A stretch of DNA of 54,787 bases from a virus (Duplodnaviria > Caudoviricetes): positions 1 to 54,787 of IMG/VR virus record IMGVR_UViG_3300036790_000516, one strand, 5' to 3'. Every line of letters begins with the position of its first letter. The first letter of the stretch is position 1. A program made the position numbers and the translations under genes. Below are positions 17,904 to 26,897 of this stretch, piece by piece. The notes under the pieces are model-generated. The model was not told the DNA's origin. It searched no databases and saw only the letters and a list, made by a program, of their open reading frames with translations.

Positions 17904-18916
17904 AGCACCCGGTACGTCCCCCGCGTCAGCCGCTCCACCGTCCCCAGCTCGCACTGATCCTCCAGCCACCGCTTCGCCGCCGTTTCGCTCGCGCCGATCC
18001 CCGCCGTCGCCGCCGTCTCCATCACCTGCGCGACGCTGACCGCCGTCCCCGCGGCGACTCCCTTGAGCCAGTCGTCGAGGCCCGGCTGATCCCGCGACTC
18101 GGTCGACGTGGGCACCAGCCCCCCGTCGGTAATCGTCATCCGCAGCACGCGAACCGGATAGTCCGGCGCCATGACGGTGACGACGCGCGCGGGGGACGAG
18201 ACGTCCTTAGGGAACTCTTGTACGATGTCCACCTTCGACGAGGTTAGCGACGACACGACCGCCGACCCCATGATGCGGTCCCGCGGCGACGCATAGACGT
18301 CGTTCACCCGAGGCTTAACCGACAGCCAGGTGCCGACGACCGTCAGCCGCTTCTGCTCGCAGGTCTTGGCGATCTCATAGAAGAAGTCGGCGGTGCAGGC
18401 GGACTCGGTCAACCGGCGGCACAATATCTCCAGGCCGTCGACGAACAGAACCTCCGGGAGATCGCCGTGCCCGTGGAACTTCGGTGAGTTCCACACGATC
18501 TGCACCATATGGGGAAAGGTGCGGTCGATGTCGTCCATCTGCCCAAGCAGCGAGAAACAAGGGATCGACGCGGGGGACAGGCCTAGCGACGCCAGGATCG
18601 AATGCAGGCCGTCGACGGTTTCGTTGAGGGAAATGAGGGCGACGCGGGCCGGGCGCGGGACGTAGACGGCGGTGTCGAGCAGCGGGACGCCGGCGGCGAA
18701 GTCTCCCGCCAGACCGACGATCAGATGGGATTTGTTCGCGCCGGAGGGGCCGGTCACCAGCGAGCAGCGGTAGCGCGGGAACAGCTCGTCGACGATGTAG
18801 TCGCGGCGGGGGCGAATCAGGCGGGCGTCGTCATCGGCGGATAGCGTCGCTGGCGTCGATGGCGTCGCGGGATCGACGTTAGAGGGCGGGTCGAGCCGCA
18901 GGTCGCGGTCGGTCAT
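17900..18916 (-). CDS. RecA-family AAA_25/RepA-like ATPase (helicase-like) with probable C-terminal wHTH
   Basis: YIVDELFP, Walker A GPSGANKS, Walker B LFVDG, IMGS motif, C-terminal RGTY. Start placed at 18916; ORF is open to 19132. Confidence 0.75.
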   Translation of the reverse strand: MTDRDLRLDPPSNVDPATPSTPATLSADDDARLIRPRRDYIVDELFPRYRCSLVTGPSGANKSHLIVGLAGDFAAGVPLLDTAVYVPRPARVALISLNETVDGLHSILASLGLSPASIPCFSLLGQMDDIDRTFPHMVQIVWNSPKFHGHGDLPEVLFVDGLEILCRRLTESACTADFFYEIAKTCEQKRLTVVGTWLSVKPRVNDVYASPRDRIMGSAVVSSLTSSKVDIVQEFPKDVSSPARVVTVMAPDYPVRVLRMTITDGGLVPTSTESRDQPGLDDWLKGVAAGTAVSVAQVMETAATAGIGASETAAKRWLEDQCELGTVERLTRGTYRVL

Positions 18917-18936
18917 CGTGTACAACTCGATGGCAT
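18913..18936 (-). other. 7-codon leader minigene MPSSCTR coupled to the ATPase start
   Basis: GAAGGAG-N7-ATG; its TGA overlaps the ATG at 18916 (ATGA). Confidence 0.45.
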
Positions 18937-19045
18937 AAGAGCGCTCCTTCGACGATAACGTCTCGGGTTCGAAGGAGTTGGAGAGGGCGACGCCGATCAA
19001 ACGCCGCCCAACTCGGTCGAAAGAGACGCTATCGAGCAGGGGAAC

Positions 19046-19189
19046 GAGATAATCAGGACGGCGGGCCGGTGTCAAGCGAATACCCGATGGCGGCGGTGTG
19101 AATTGCGGTGGAGATGTGGAAAACGATAACATGGAAGAGCGGATTCGCTAGAGATTTCCCTTGACATACGGTGGGGGCGGTGGCAGGAT
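19046..19189. promoter_or_regulatory. Divergent sigma70-like promoters
   Basis: TTGACA on the minus strand at 19070-19075; TTGACA-17-CAGGAT on the plus strand at 19161-19189. Confidence 0.5.
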
Positions 19190-19208
19190 GCGCGTCGAGG
19201 GAACGAAA

Positions 19209-20771
19209 ATGAAACGCATCGCCACCGACCGCTCGCGCATCGAGACCTATCAGCACTGCCGCCGTCAGCGGTGGTATGAATATCACCAGGACGGCGTCGG
19301 CATCGTGCCCGTCAAGAAGGCGCTGGCGCTGGCGGTCGGCGGGGCCGTGCATAAGGGACTGGAGACGCTGCTGCGCGGGTCGGCGGCAGTTAATTGGGCG
19401 GCACTAGAGGAAAACGCCGTCGCCGCTGCCCTCGCCGACTTCGCCTCGTTCAAAGGCGGCAATCTCGACATCGGCGGCGAGGTCATCGCCCGGCCGCCGT
19501 CCGATGGGAGCGGCGATGTCGACGAAGCACAGGTCGCCGCCGCCTCCGTCGTTCCCGCGCCCTACGACGACTACCTCTACCGCGAGCAATCGGCGCTGGT
19601 CGAGGCGTTGGTGCGGGCATACGCGCGGCGGCGGCTGCGCCCGCTGCTCGAGGAGTTCGAGGTGCTGGAGGTCGAGCGGGAGGGGGAGTGGAAGCTCGCC
19701 GATCTCGTTACGACGCATCGCCTCAGCGGCCGCGACGTAGAGATTGACGCGTGGGGCGAGGTTGTCTTCCTGTCCCGCCCCGACGCTCTCCTGCGTTCCC
19801 GCGCCGACAACTCCCTGGTCCTGCTGTCATTCAAGACGACCGGCCAGTGGGACGACCGCAAGCGCCGGGACGCCGAACACGATATGCAGGGGCTGAGCGA
19901 GGGGATTGAGATTGAGCGGCGGCTGGGAGAGTGGTACGAATACGTCACCCAGAATCCGCAGCATTGGCAGAGGAAGTGGGACCAGATCATCCCGCCCGCG
20001 ACGTTTTCGTATCTCAATGGATGTACTGCCCCGCCCCGCATTCTCGCCATCCGTTACGAATACCTCCTCAAAGGCGAACGCTGGAAGGACAAGGACCTCG
20101 CCGCGCGCTACTCGATCGACTGGGCGCGTTCCCAGCGGTCCCACCTGATCCGCCCGCACGTTTGCGTCTCGACCCCCTCCCGCGGCGCCAACGCCGGGGC
20201 GTTCCAAATCGGCGACCTCTGCTGGTCGTCGGAGTTCCACATGGAGGATGGCCGGGCGTCGAAACTGGCTTGGCAGAACTGGGACGGACGCCTGGTCACC
20301 GACCTCGACATGACCGTGCGCGAATGGATCGACAAGCTCGATACGGCGGTCGAGACCCTGTCGCCGGCCGACTCGACGCTGGGCACCGAACCGTCCCCGC
20401 TGGGATGGTCCTCGGACGCGCAGGCGGTCGGCTATACGCCCAAGCATCCGCTGGATGCGGTGTTCCTGCCGCCGATGACGGTCTACCGAAACGACGACGA
20501 CCTCCGCGACCTGATCGAGCAGATGGAGGCGCAGGAGACCACCGTCGCTGAACACGTTGCCGCCGTCGAGACCTCCACGAGCGAGGACGAGCGACGGTCG
20601 CTGCTCAATCGCCATTTCCCGCAGACCCGCCGGGCTTGCGAGTATCCCTCGACGTGCGCGTACGTTCGGGTGTGCTATGGCGGGGAGGACATTCGCCGGG
20701 AGCCGCTGGGGTCGGGCCTGTTCAGGCTGCGGGAGGCGAATCATCCCCGCGAAAAGGAGTTCCGCGAATGA
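19209..20771 (+). CDS. Cas4/AddB-like PD-(D/E)xK exonuclease
   Basis: SRIETYQHCRR, GGAVHKGLE, RPDAL...SFKT, C-terminal C-x5-C-x5-C (Fe-S-type Cys cluster). Confidence 0.75.
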   Translation: MKRIATDRSRIETYQHCRRQRWYEYHQDGVGIVPVKKALALAVGGAVHKGLETLLRGSAAVNWAALEENAVAAALADFASFKGGNLDIGGEVIARPPSDGSGDVDEAQVAAASVVPAPYDDYLYREQSALVEALVRAYARRRLRPLLEEFEVLEVEREGEWKLADLVTTHRLSGRDVEIDAWGEVVFLSRPDALLRSRADNSLVLLSFKTTGQWDDRKRRDAEHDMQGLSEGIEIERRLGEWYEYVTQNPQHWQRKWDQIIPPATFSYLNGCTAPPRILAIRYEYLLKGERWKDKDLAARYSIDWARSQRSHLIRPHVCVSTPSRGANAGAFQIGDLCWSSEFHMEDGRASKLAWQNWDGRLVTDLDMTVREWIDKLDTAVETLSPADSTLGTEPSPLGWSSDAQAVGYTPKHPLDAVFLPPMTVYRNDDDLRDLIEQMEAQETTVAEHVAAVETSTSEDERRSLLNRHFPQTRRACEYPSTCAYVRVCYGGEDIRREPLGSGLFRLREANHPREKEFRE

Positions 20772-21055
20772 CCACGCACCCAGCGACGTTCTCCTGCGAC
20801 GTCTGCGGCAAGCGGCGGGACAACGACGTCAATAAGTGGATCGTGATTCATCTCGTCGACGACGAGGACTTCGGTATACGGGAGCCCCTAGGCGGATTTG
20901 GGCTAGGAAACGCGATCACCGTTGGCCATTGGACCGATAAAGCGGCTAAGGCAACTCTGGCCTTCCCAGCACACGCCTGCGGACAAGAACACGCGCTCAT
21001 TCTCGTCTCCCGCTGGCTAGCCCACGGCACTTTCGACGAGGAGCGGGGCAAATAA
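20768..21055 (+). CDS. Small zinc-binding protein
   Basis: CDVCG...HACGQEH. Confidence 0.6.
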   Translation: MTTHPATFSCDVCGKRRDNDVNKWIVIHLVDDEDFGIREPLGGFGLGNAITVGHWTDKAAKATLAFPAHACGQEHALILVSRWLAHGTFDEERGK

Positions 21056-21117
21056 TGCTTGATAATCCACCTGACATACGACTATAAATCGCGCTCGCCA
21101 ACGAGGACAACACGACG

Positions 21118-21303
21118 ATGACCGGGAATCCTATAACGCCTGACGAGTTTTACGCAAGGATGACAGAGCTTCAGCGCGATAAAGGTGGGGATCTTGAGGC
21201 GTGGCACAGTCTCGCCGATAACCTCATGTGTGATCTGCTGCGACAGTTGGGATACGACAGGGGAGTAGACGTGTATATGGCGTCGGAACGGTGGTACGCA
21301 TGA
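21118..21303 (+). CDS. Hypothetical protein
   Basis: GAGG SD; possible promoter TTGATA-18-TATAAA upstream; lower GC. Confidence 0.65.
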   Translation: MTGNPITPDEFYARMTELQRDKGGDLEAWHSLADNLMCDLLRQLGYDRGVDVYMASERWYA

Positions 21304-21530
21304 CCAGGCTTCGAGGCTTCAACGTAAAAGACAACGTGATCACCATTCGCATGACCCGGCGGGTCGCCGACCGCGTCCGCCGCGTGGCCACCAAGAACGA
21401 ACTCACGATGGCGGAGTGGCTCCGGCTGGCGGCGGTCGAGAAGCTCAATCGGGATGATCGGGGCGGCGCGGGCGGCGCGGTCGGGACGGGCGGGGCGGCG
21501 CTGTCGCAGGAGGCCTCTCATGGCGCGTAG
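21300..21530 (+). CDS. Ribbon-helix-helix DNA-binding protein
   Basis: ITIRMT...ADRVRRVA...LTMAEWLRLA pattern. Confidence 0.7.
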   Translation: MTRLRGFNVKDNVITIRMTRRVADRVRRVATKNELTMAEWLRLAAVEKLNRDDRGGAGGAVGTGGAALSQEASHGA

Positions 21531-22554
21531 CGGCGTGATCTACGGCGACACAAACACGTATAAGACGACCGCGGGCGCACATCTGGCTCGCTACATATTC
21601 GACCTCACTGGAAAGGCGACGGTTCTGCTCTCCGCCGATGGCGGCGGCTGGTCGCCCTGCCAGAAGGAAGTCGACGCCGGGATGATCCGCCCGTTTCGCG
21701 TAGACACCGCCACGATCCCGTTGCCGATGCTGCGTAAGGTCTCGCAGGGCTACTGGCCGGTCAATCCTACCGAGAAAGACGTGAGCAAAATCGACTTTCG
21801 CCCAATTAACTGGGACGAGGTGGGCGGGGCTATCGTCGAGGGCTTCACGTCGATCGGGACGATGCTGATGCGCCATGCCGCCGACCGCAACCTCAAGACC
21901 GGCGAGGAGGGCACAACGCCATTCAGCCAGCCAATCATGGTCAACGGCGAGATCAAGATGGAGACGTTTGCGGGATCGTCGCGTGGGCATTACAACTTCG
22001 TCCAGAATCAGGAATACGGTCTGACGATGAACTTTATCTCCTGGCCCGTCGAGTACGTGCTGTTCACGGGCCACGAGAAGAAGACTGAGGACGGCGACCG
22101 CAACACCGTCTACGGAATCGCCGCTCCCGGCAAGGCCATCACCGCGCTGATCCCCACTTGGGTCGGCGACTGCATCCACGCGCAGGATTACCAAGTCAAG
22201 CGGGTGATCAAGGCGCCAAAGATAGACGGCAAGCCGGGCGAGATGGTCGAGGAGGATTCGGTCGATACATTCTGTCGCTACTACTTCAAGAAGCATCCTG
22301 ATCCGTCGACCGGGATCATGTACCCGGCCAAGCCCCGCGTCGCGCATTCCGCCGTCGCCGCGCTCGACCGTGAGTTCCCCGGCGGTTTTTTCGTGCCTAC
22401 AACCGAGCACGGTTTTGACCTCTATCTCAAGGCGCTTGATCGGCTAGCGGCGAGCGAGGGCGAGGACGACGACACGCTTAAGCGGTGGCGAGCGAAGATG
22501 GACGCCAAGCTCGGCCGCACCGCCGCAACGACGTCAGCGGCGTCCGCGAAATAG
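21520..22554 (+). CDS. AAA_24/Sak4-like ATPase (recombination)
   Basis: AGGAGG SD; IYGDTNTYKT Walker A, IVEGFTSI Walker B, FTGHE; located between nuclease and SSB-like gene. Confidence 0.7.
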   Translation: MARSGVIYGDTNTYKTTAGAHLARYIFDLTGKATVLLSADGGGWSPCQKEVDAGMIRPFRVDTATIPLPMLRKVSQGYWPVNPTEKDVSKIDFRPINWDEVGGAIVEGFTSIGTMLMRHAADRNLKTGEEGTTPFSQPIMVNGEIKMETFAGSSRGHYNFVQNQEYGLTMNFISWPVEYVLFTGHEKKTEDGDRNTVYGIAAPGKAITALIPTWVGDCIHAQDYQVKRVIKAPKIDGKPGEMVEEDSVDTFCRYYFKKHPDPSTGIMYPAKPRVAHSAVAALDREFPGGFFVPTTEHGFDLYLKALDRLAASEGEDDDTLKRWRAKMDAKLGRTAATTSAASAK

Positions 22555-22601
22555 TTTCCAGCGCAGTCAATCCAACTAAACGAGAGGAAGGACCAATCAC
22601 C

Positions 22602-23330
22602 ATGGCAACTCCAGCATTCGGCGATCCGCAGTACCAGGACCCAGCAGCGCACGAGGCCGACGCCACTCCGTCCGCGCCAGTCGACATCAACGATCCGCAG
22701 CTCACCTCCGAGGTCATGACCGAGGACGTGACCCAGGATGCTTACGCCATCCCGCCGCCGCCGCCCGACGGCAGGTGGCGCGCAAAGCTCAAGCTCGCCG
22801 AGATGAAAGGCGCGCCCGAGGGCAAGCATTACAAAGCGGTGAAATACGAGAAGATGAACGACGGGAAGTCGTTCTTCGTCGCAAACGTCGAGGCGAGTCT
22901 CATCGACGTTCACGGGAAGCAGGACGGAATCAAGGTCACGAACTATCACGTGAAGTCAGCCGTGGACAAGCGAAAGAACGTCAGCGAGATGTCCACGATC
23001 ACCAAGGCCGCAGGAGGGACGCCGGTCGAGCGTGGGACTCACGCGGATAAAATCGTCGCGCTTGAGAAGGCGCTCGCAGGCGAGCCCGAGGTCATCGTCG
23101 ACACCTTCTGGGAGGCCGCGTGTCAGACGTGCCAAGAGGCGGCCAAGAAGAAGGGCGAGCGGGTGCCGCGGGCGTTCCTGATGGGCATGAACCGCTTCCC
23201 GCAATCAAAGCCGGGACAGTTCGACCCCATGGTCACCTGCCCGGTGTGCAAGTCGATGGTGCGGGCGCAACTCCGCATCGGCCAGTTCTTGAGCGTGAAA
23301 GAGGCGAAGGCGACTCGGGGAATTGCATAG
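22602..23330 (+). CDS. DUF669-like single-stranded DNA-binding protein with zinc ribbon
   Basis: PPPDGRWRAKL motif, two CxxC pairs, follows the Sak4-like gene. Confidence 0.55.
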   Translation: MATPAFGDPQYQDPAAHEADATPSAPVDINDPQLTSEVMTEDVTQDAYAIPPPPPDGRWRAKLKLAEMKGAPEGKHYKAVKYEKMNDGKSFFVANVEASLIDVHGKQDGIKVTNYHVKSAVDKRKNVSEMSTITKAAGGTPVERGTHADKIVALEKALAGEPEVIVDTFWEAACQTCQEAAKKKGERVPRAFLMGMNRFPQSKPGQFDPMVTCPVCKSMVRAQLRIGQFLSVKEAKATRGIA

Positions 23331-23437
23331 GACTCTGGCGCGACTGGGCCATCGTCAGCACCTACCAAGACGACGGCCCTTAACGATGAGAACGCGGGCG
23401 GGGCCAGCGCGTGCGCTAGAGACTGGCCCCAACGAGA

Positions 23438-23511
23438 GCGGGCGTGGCCGAATGGTTAGGCTCCAGTCTTCCAAACTGGTCATCCGAGTTCGATTCTCGG
23501 CGCTCGCTCCA
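23438..23511 (+). tRNA. tRNA-Gly (anticodon TCC)
   Basis: Acceptor stem GCGGGCG/CGCTCGC, anticodon stem CCAGT/ACTGG with loop CTTCCAA, T-arm CCGAG-TTCGATT-CTCGG, discriminator T, encoded CCA. Confidence 0.93.
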
Positions 23512-23532
23512 ATCTTACGAAGGAGGACGACA

Positions 23533-23769
23533 ATGGCATCACGCGGTTCAGCGCTCAGCAGGACGATTCGTTACTTCAAGGAAGCCGAGTACGAAGAGGC
23601 GATGGTCGCACAGGTCAGGGTCGTCGAGATCATGGCCCAGCGAACGAAGTTCCTGGCGGACGTAAAGAAGTCCGCCAAGCCGATCCAGCGAAGGAAACGC
23701 AAGCCCTCACCCGACGCCGGTTCCGTCAGTTCCGTCGCCGAGTTGGACGCGAAGTTGGCGTCGGCGTAG
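23533..23769 (+). CDS. Hypothetical basic protein (78 aa)
   Basis: AAGGAGG SD before the ATG at 23533. Confidence 0.65.
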   Translation: MASRGSALSRTIRYFKEAEYEEAMVAQVRVVEIMAQRTKFLADVKKSAKPIQRRKRKPSPDAGSVSSVAELDAKLASA

Positions 23770-23776
23770 CGGCCAG

Positions 23777-23806
23777 TTGACATGCAGCTATCTTACATCG
23801 TAGCAT
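23777..23806 (+). promoter_or_regulatory. Promoter for the HNH gene (probably leaderless)
   Basis: TTGACA-18-TAGCAT, ATG 6 nt downstream, no SD. Confidence 0.55.
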
Positions 23807-23812
23807 CGGCAA

Positions 23813-24391
23813 ATGAAGCCGTGCTCTCGATGCAAACGGTCGCTGCCGCTAAAGCAGTTCGTCGCGGCAGGGAACACGAGGTCAGGTCGAGGAGCCTTGT
23901 GTACTCAATGTAATCGCGACAGAAACAACAGGCGGAACAGGGCACTACGGGTTCGCGTTTTAAATCACTACTCTGGCGGACTCGCTCAGTGTTCCTGCTG
24001 CGGCGTGGGGATTCTCGAATTTCTCTCGTTGGATCACATTAACGGTGGGGGGAGACGGCATCGCAGGACGATTAAAATTCGCTGGTGGGAATGGCTTATA
24101 AAGAACGGACTTCCCTTGGGGTTTCGCGTTCTTTGCCACAACTGCAACCAGTCGATTGGTCTATACGGCTATTGTCCCCACCAAACGGGCGAGCATGCGC
24201 TGTTGGATGCTTTTGAGTCGTATGATCCCCACGCGCCAAGCAAAAGTCTGAAGCTAACATCGGAACAGGTTCAAGAGATAAGGAAGGCCATCGCCAATGG
24301 AGTACCCCAAATCGCCCTCGCCACCAAATACCGAGTCAGTAGAGCAACAATCTGTCTCATCAACGGAAGAAGGCGATGGGGAGACGCTTGA
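23813..24391 (+). CDS. HNH homing endonuclease with C-terminal HTH
   Basis: CSCCG, LSLDHINGGG, VLCHNCN, CPH; KLTSEQVQEIR...VSRATI; lower GC than flanks. Confidence 0.85.
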   Translation: MKPCSRCKRSLPLKQFVAAGNTRSGRGALCTQCNRDRNNRRNRALRVRVLNHYSGGLAQCSCCGVGILEFLSLDHINGGGRRHRRTIKIRWWEWLIKNGLPLGFRVLCHNCNQSIGLYGYCPHQTGEHALLDAFESYDPHAPSKSLKLTSEQVQEIRKAIANGVPQIALATKYRVSRATICLINGRRRWGDA

Positions 24392-25667
24392 TCACGGCGT
24401 TCCAGTGGTATTTGAAACTGGAAAGGCGGGCACGGGGAAATCCTTTCGTCTGATGCGGGAGTCGCAAGCCAAAGACTCCATCCTCCAGTTATGCAGCACG
24501 ACAGGCATCAGTGCGGTCAATCTTGGCAGCGTCACCCTCAATAGCGTTCTGAAATATTTCGACACCGCGTCCCTGCGCGACTCTTTCCTCTCGGGCCAGC
24601 TCGACCGCACGCTTCACGACCTGGCCCTGCACCGCCGCTGGCTGGCGATCGACGAGGGCTCGATGCTCGAAGCCGACCAGCTCGACCTGATCCATCGCGG
24701 GGTCGAGAAGGCCAACCAGTTCCGCGATCTCGCCGGGCGGCCCTTGGGCATCCGTCTGGTCGGCGACTTCGCGCAGCTCCCGCCGGTGCAAGGGCGATGG
24801 GCGTTCGAGGCCGACTGCTGGCGGCGGTTCGCGGCGGCTACGACCCGCCTGGCGCGCGTATGGCGGCAGGACGGCGGACCCTTCCTCGACGCCTTAAACG
24901 CCGCTCGCGAGGGTCGCGGGGGCGACGCGGCCGACATACTAAGCGCCGCCGGGGCCGAATGGCGCACCGCCCGCGACGAGAACTTCGACGGCACGACGAT
25001 CCTCCCCAAGAACGCGCTGGTCAGCCGGCACAACGAACTCGTCCTGGCGAAGCATCGCGGCGAGGTCATTACCGTCACCTCCCGCCGCTGGGGCAGGCAA
25101 CGCAGCGAGTGGGGCGAGAACCAGCGGACGCGCGAGTGGGGAATACCGCCCAAGGCCGAGTTCAAGATCGGCGCCTACGTGATGATCCTCGCGAACTCCC
25201 CCGGCTTCGAGTGGGCCAACGGAGATTGCGGCCATGTTGAAAGCTACGACGCATCGCCGCTGACCGAGTCGTTCGCGATTCGCCTGGTGCGCACCGGCGC
25301 GCTGGTCGAGATCGCCAAAATCCGCCGCAGGGTCGAGGTCCGCGCCAAGCCCGACGACTGGCCCGACGCCAACCGGTTCGCGCAATGGGGACGGCCATAC
25401 CGCGACCCCGAGCGGCGATGCTACGTGCTCGGCGAGGTGGAGTTTTTCCCGCTGCGGCTGGCGTGGGCGAGCACCGTTCACAAATCGCAAGGACTGTCCC
25501 TCGACGCGGTGCAGGTCGACTACCGCGACCGGTTCTTCGCGTCGCCCGCGATGCTCTACGTCGCGCTGTCCCGGTGCCGCACGCTTGCCGGGCTGCGGCT
25601 GGTCGGCATGAAGGACGTGTTCGTGCGGGCGTGCAACATGGACGCGCGGGTGAGGGACTACGTATGA
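24297..25667 (+). CDS. Pif1/RecD-like SF1B helicase
   Basis: TGKAGTGKS, IDEGSM, GDFAQLPPV, FPLRLAWASTVHKSQG, YVALSR. Start uncertain (24297 or GTG 24405). Confidence 0.9.
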   Translation: MEYPKSPSPPNTESVEQQSVSSTEEGDGETLDHGVPVVFETGKAGTGKSFRLMRESQAKDSILQLCSTTGISAVNLGSVTLNSVLKYFDTASLRDSFLSGQLDRTLHDLALHRRWLAIDEGSMLEADQLDLIHRGVEKANQFRDLAGRPLGIRLVGDFAQLPPVQGRWAFEADCWRRFAAATTRLARVWRQDGGPFLDALNAAREGRGGDAADILSAAGAEWRTARDENFDGTTILPKNALVSRHNELVLAKHRGEVITVTSRRWGRQRSEWGENQRTREWGIPPKAEFKIGAYVMILANSPGFEWANGDCGHVESYDASPLTESFAIRLVRTGALVEIAKIRRRVEVRAKPDDWPDANRFAQWGRPYRDPERRCYVLGEVEFFPLRLAWASTVHKSQGLSLDAVQVDYRDRFFASPAMLYVALSRCRTLAGLRLVGMKDVFVRACNMDARVRDYV

Positions 25668-26884
25668 GAAAGAAGCCGCAATCGTGTTCCGGTTGCGCGA
25701 TGGAGTTCCACGGCCACGATTTTAGCCAAATCGAGGGCACCGGCTCAAACGGCATCATGGTCATCGGCGAGGCCAGCGGCAAGGAGGAGGCCCGCGAGTG
25801 TCTGCCATTCCGCCCGTACGCGCCCTCCGGCGGGGTCCTCGAACGCGCGTTCCGGCGCATGTCCCTCAAGCGCAACCAGTTTTCCATCACCAACTGCGGA
25901 CGCTGCCGACCGCGCAAAGACTGGTTGTCCGATTCGCCGTGGGAGTATGCCGCGCTCCGCCATTGCCGCCCGAATCTGATCGCCGCGATCGCCGAGTTCC
26001 GCCCCCGCGTCATCTGGACGCTGGGCAACCTCGCCATGCGCGAAGTCACCGGCTATAGCGGCGTCGCACGGGAGATGCAGTCGATCTCGCATCTGACCGG
26101 ATACTGCCTGCCGACCGCGCCGGACCTGTCGCCGGTGCCGATCCCGGTCGTGCCCGCGTTTCACACGGCGTACCTGCGCCGCGGGAAAATGTCGCACTTC
26201 GGGCAGCTCACGCGGACGCTCAAGCGGGCGACCAACATCGCGGCGGGGACCGATCGCGATTGGCTGTGGGGCGTTGTGCCGGAGGACCCGGCGACGCATG
26301 GAGGATTACGATATGAAATCCATCCGTCGCTCGACGCTGCACAAGCGTTTGCTGCGCGAGTTAGAGACGGTATCAAGAGTATCGTCTCTTATGACATTGA
26401 GACTCAGGAATCAGCGTCCCTTGACGAGGATGCGCGCGAGGGATTCACAGACACTCGCATTCAGCTTGTCCAGTTCAGTATCGAAAGTGGAGAGGGCATT
26501 GCGATACCTTTCGATGGAGCCTATCGTGGGATTATCGGAGAAATACTGCGAGGACCCAACGTCAAGGTCGGCCACAACGTCTGGCTGTTCGACAACAAAG
26601 TCCTCCGCGCGGCGGGCGAGCGGGAAGGGCTCGACCTGATCCCGCGCGGCACCATCCACGACACCCTCGCCATGTTCCACCACTGGCAGCCGGACCTTCC
26701 CGCCCATCTCCAGTTCGCCGCCAGCTTCGTGTCGTTCCCGTTCCCCTGGAAGCATCTGGCGGCGACCGATCTGGCGTTCTACGGGTGCTGCGACGCGGAC
26801 GCGACGCTGCGGCTGTATACGTTTCTGGAGGCGGCGCTGCGGCGGGACGGGATTTGGGATGACGGCGAGTCGGCCGTCGCGTGA
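25664..26884 (+). CDS. Uracil-DNA glycosylase (family 4-like) fused to a DnaQ-like 3'-5' exonuclease; N-terminal half of the split family A polymerase
   Basis: UDG motifs CSGC, IGEASG..E...PF, ITN..RCRP, TLGNLA, FHTA. Exo I YDIET, Exo II GHN..FD, HDT, Exo III YGCCDAD. Confidence 0.88.
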   Translation: MRKKPQSCSGCAMEFHGHDFSQIEGTGSNGIMVIGEASGKEEARECLPFRPYAPSGGVLERAFRRMSLKRNQFSITNCGRCRPRKDWLSDSPWEYAALRHCRPNLIAAIAEFRPRVIWTLGNLAMREVTGYSGVAREMQSISHLTGYCLPTAPDLSPVPIPVVPAFHTAYLRRGKMSHFGQLTRTLKRATNIAAGTDRDWLWGVVPEDPATHGGLRYEIHPSLDAAQAFAARVRDGIKSIVSYDIETQESASLDEDAREGFTDTRIQLVQFSIESGEGIAIPFDGAYRGIIGEILRGPNVKVGHNVWLFDNKVLRAAGEREGLDLIPRGTIHDTLAMFHHWQPDLPAHLQFAASFVSFPFPWKHLAATDLAFYGCCDADATLRLYTFLEAALRRDGIWDDGESAVA

Positions 26885-26897
26885 TGAAGGAGGGCAA

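Noticed and set aside
19209-20771. Cas4-like gene as part of a CRISPR-Cas system
   Set aside because: No array or other cas genes; the context is a phage recombination module.
26882-26887. Stop-codon reassignment or readthrough joining split genes
   Set aside because: All three stops end genes normally across the genome. The exonuclease half ends in tandem TGA TGA, and the portal halves are in different frames.
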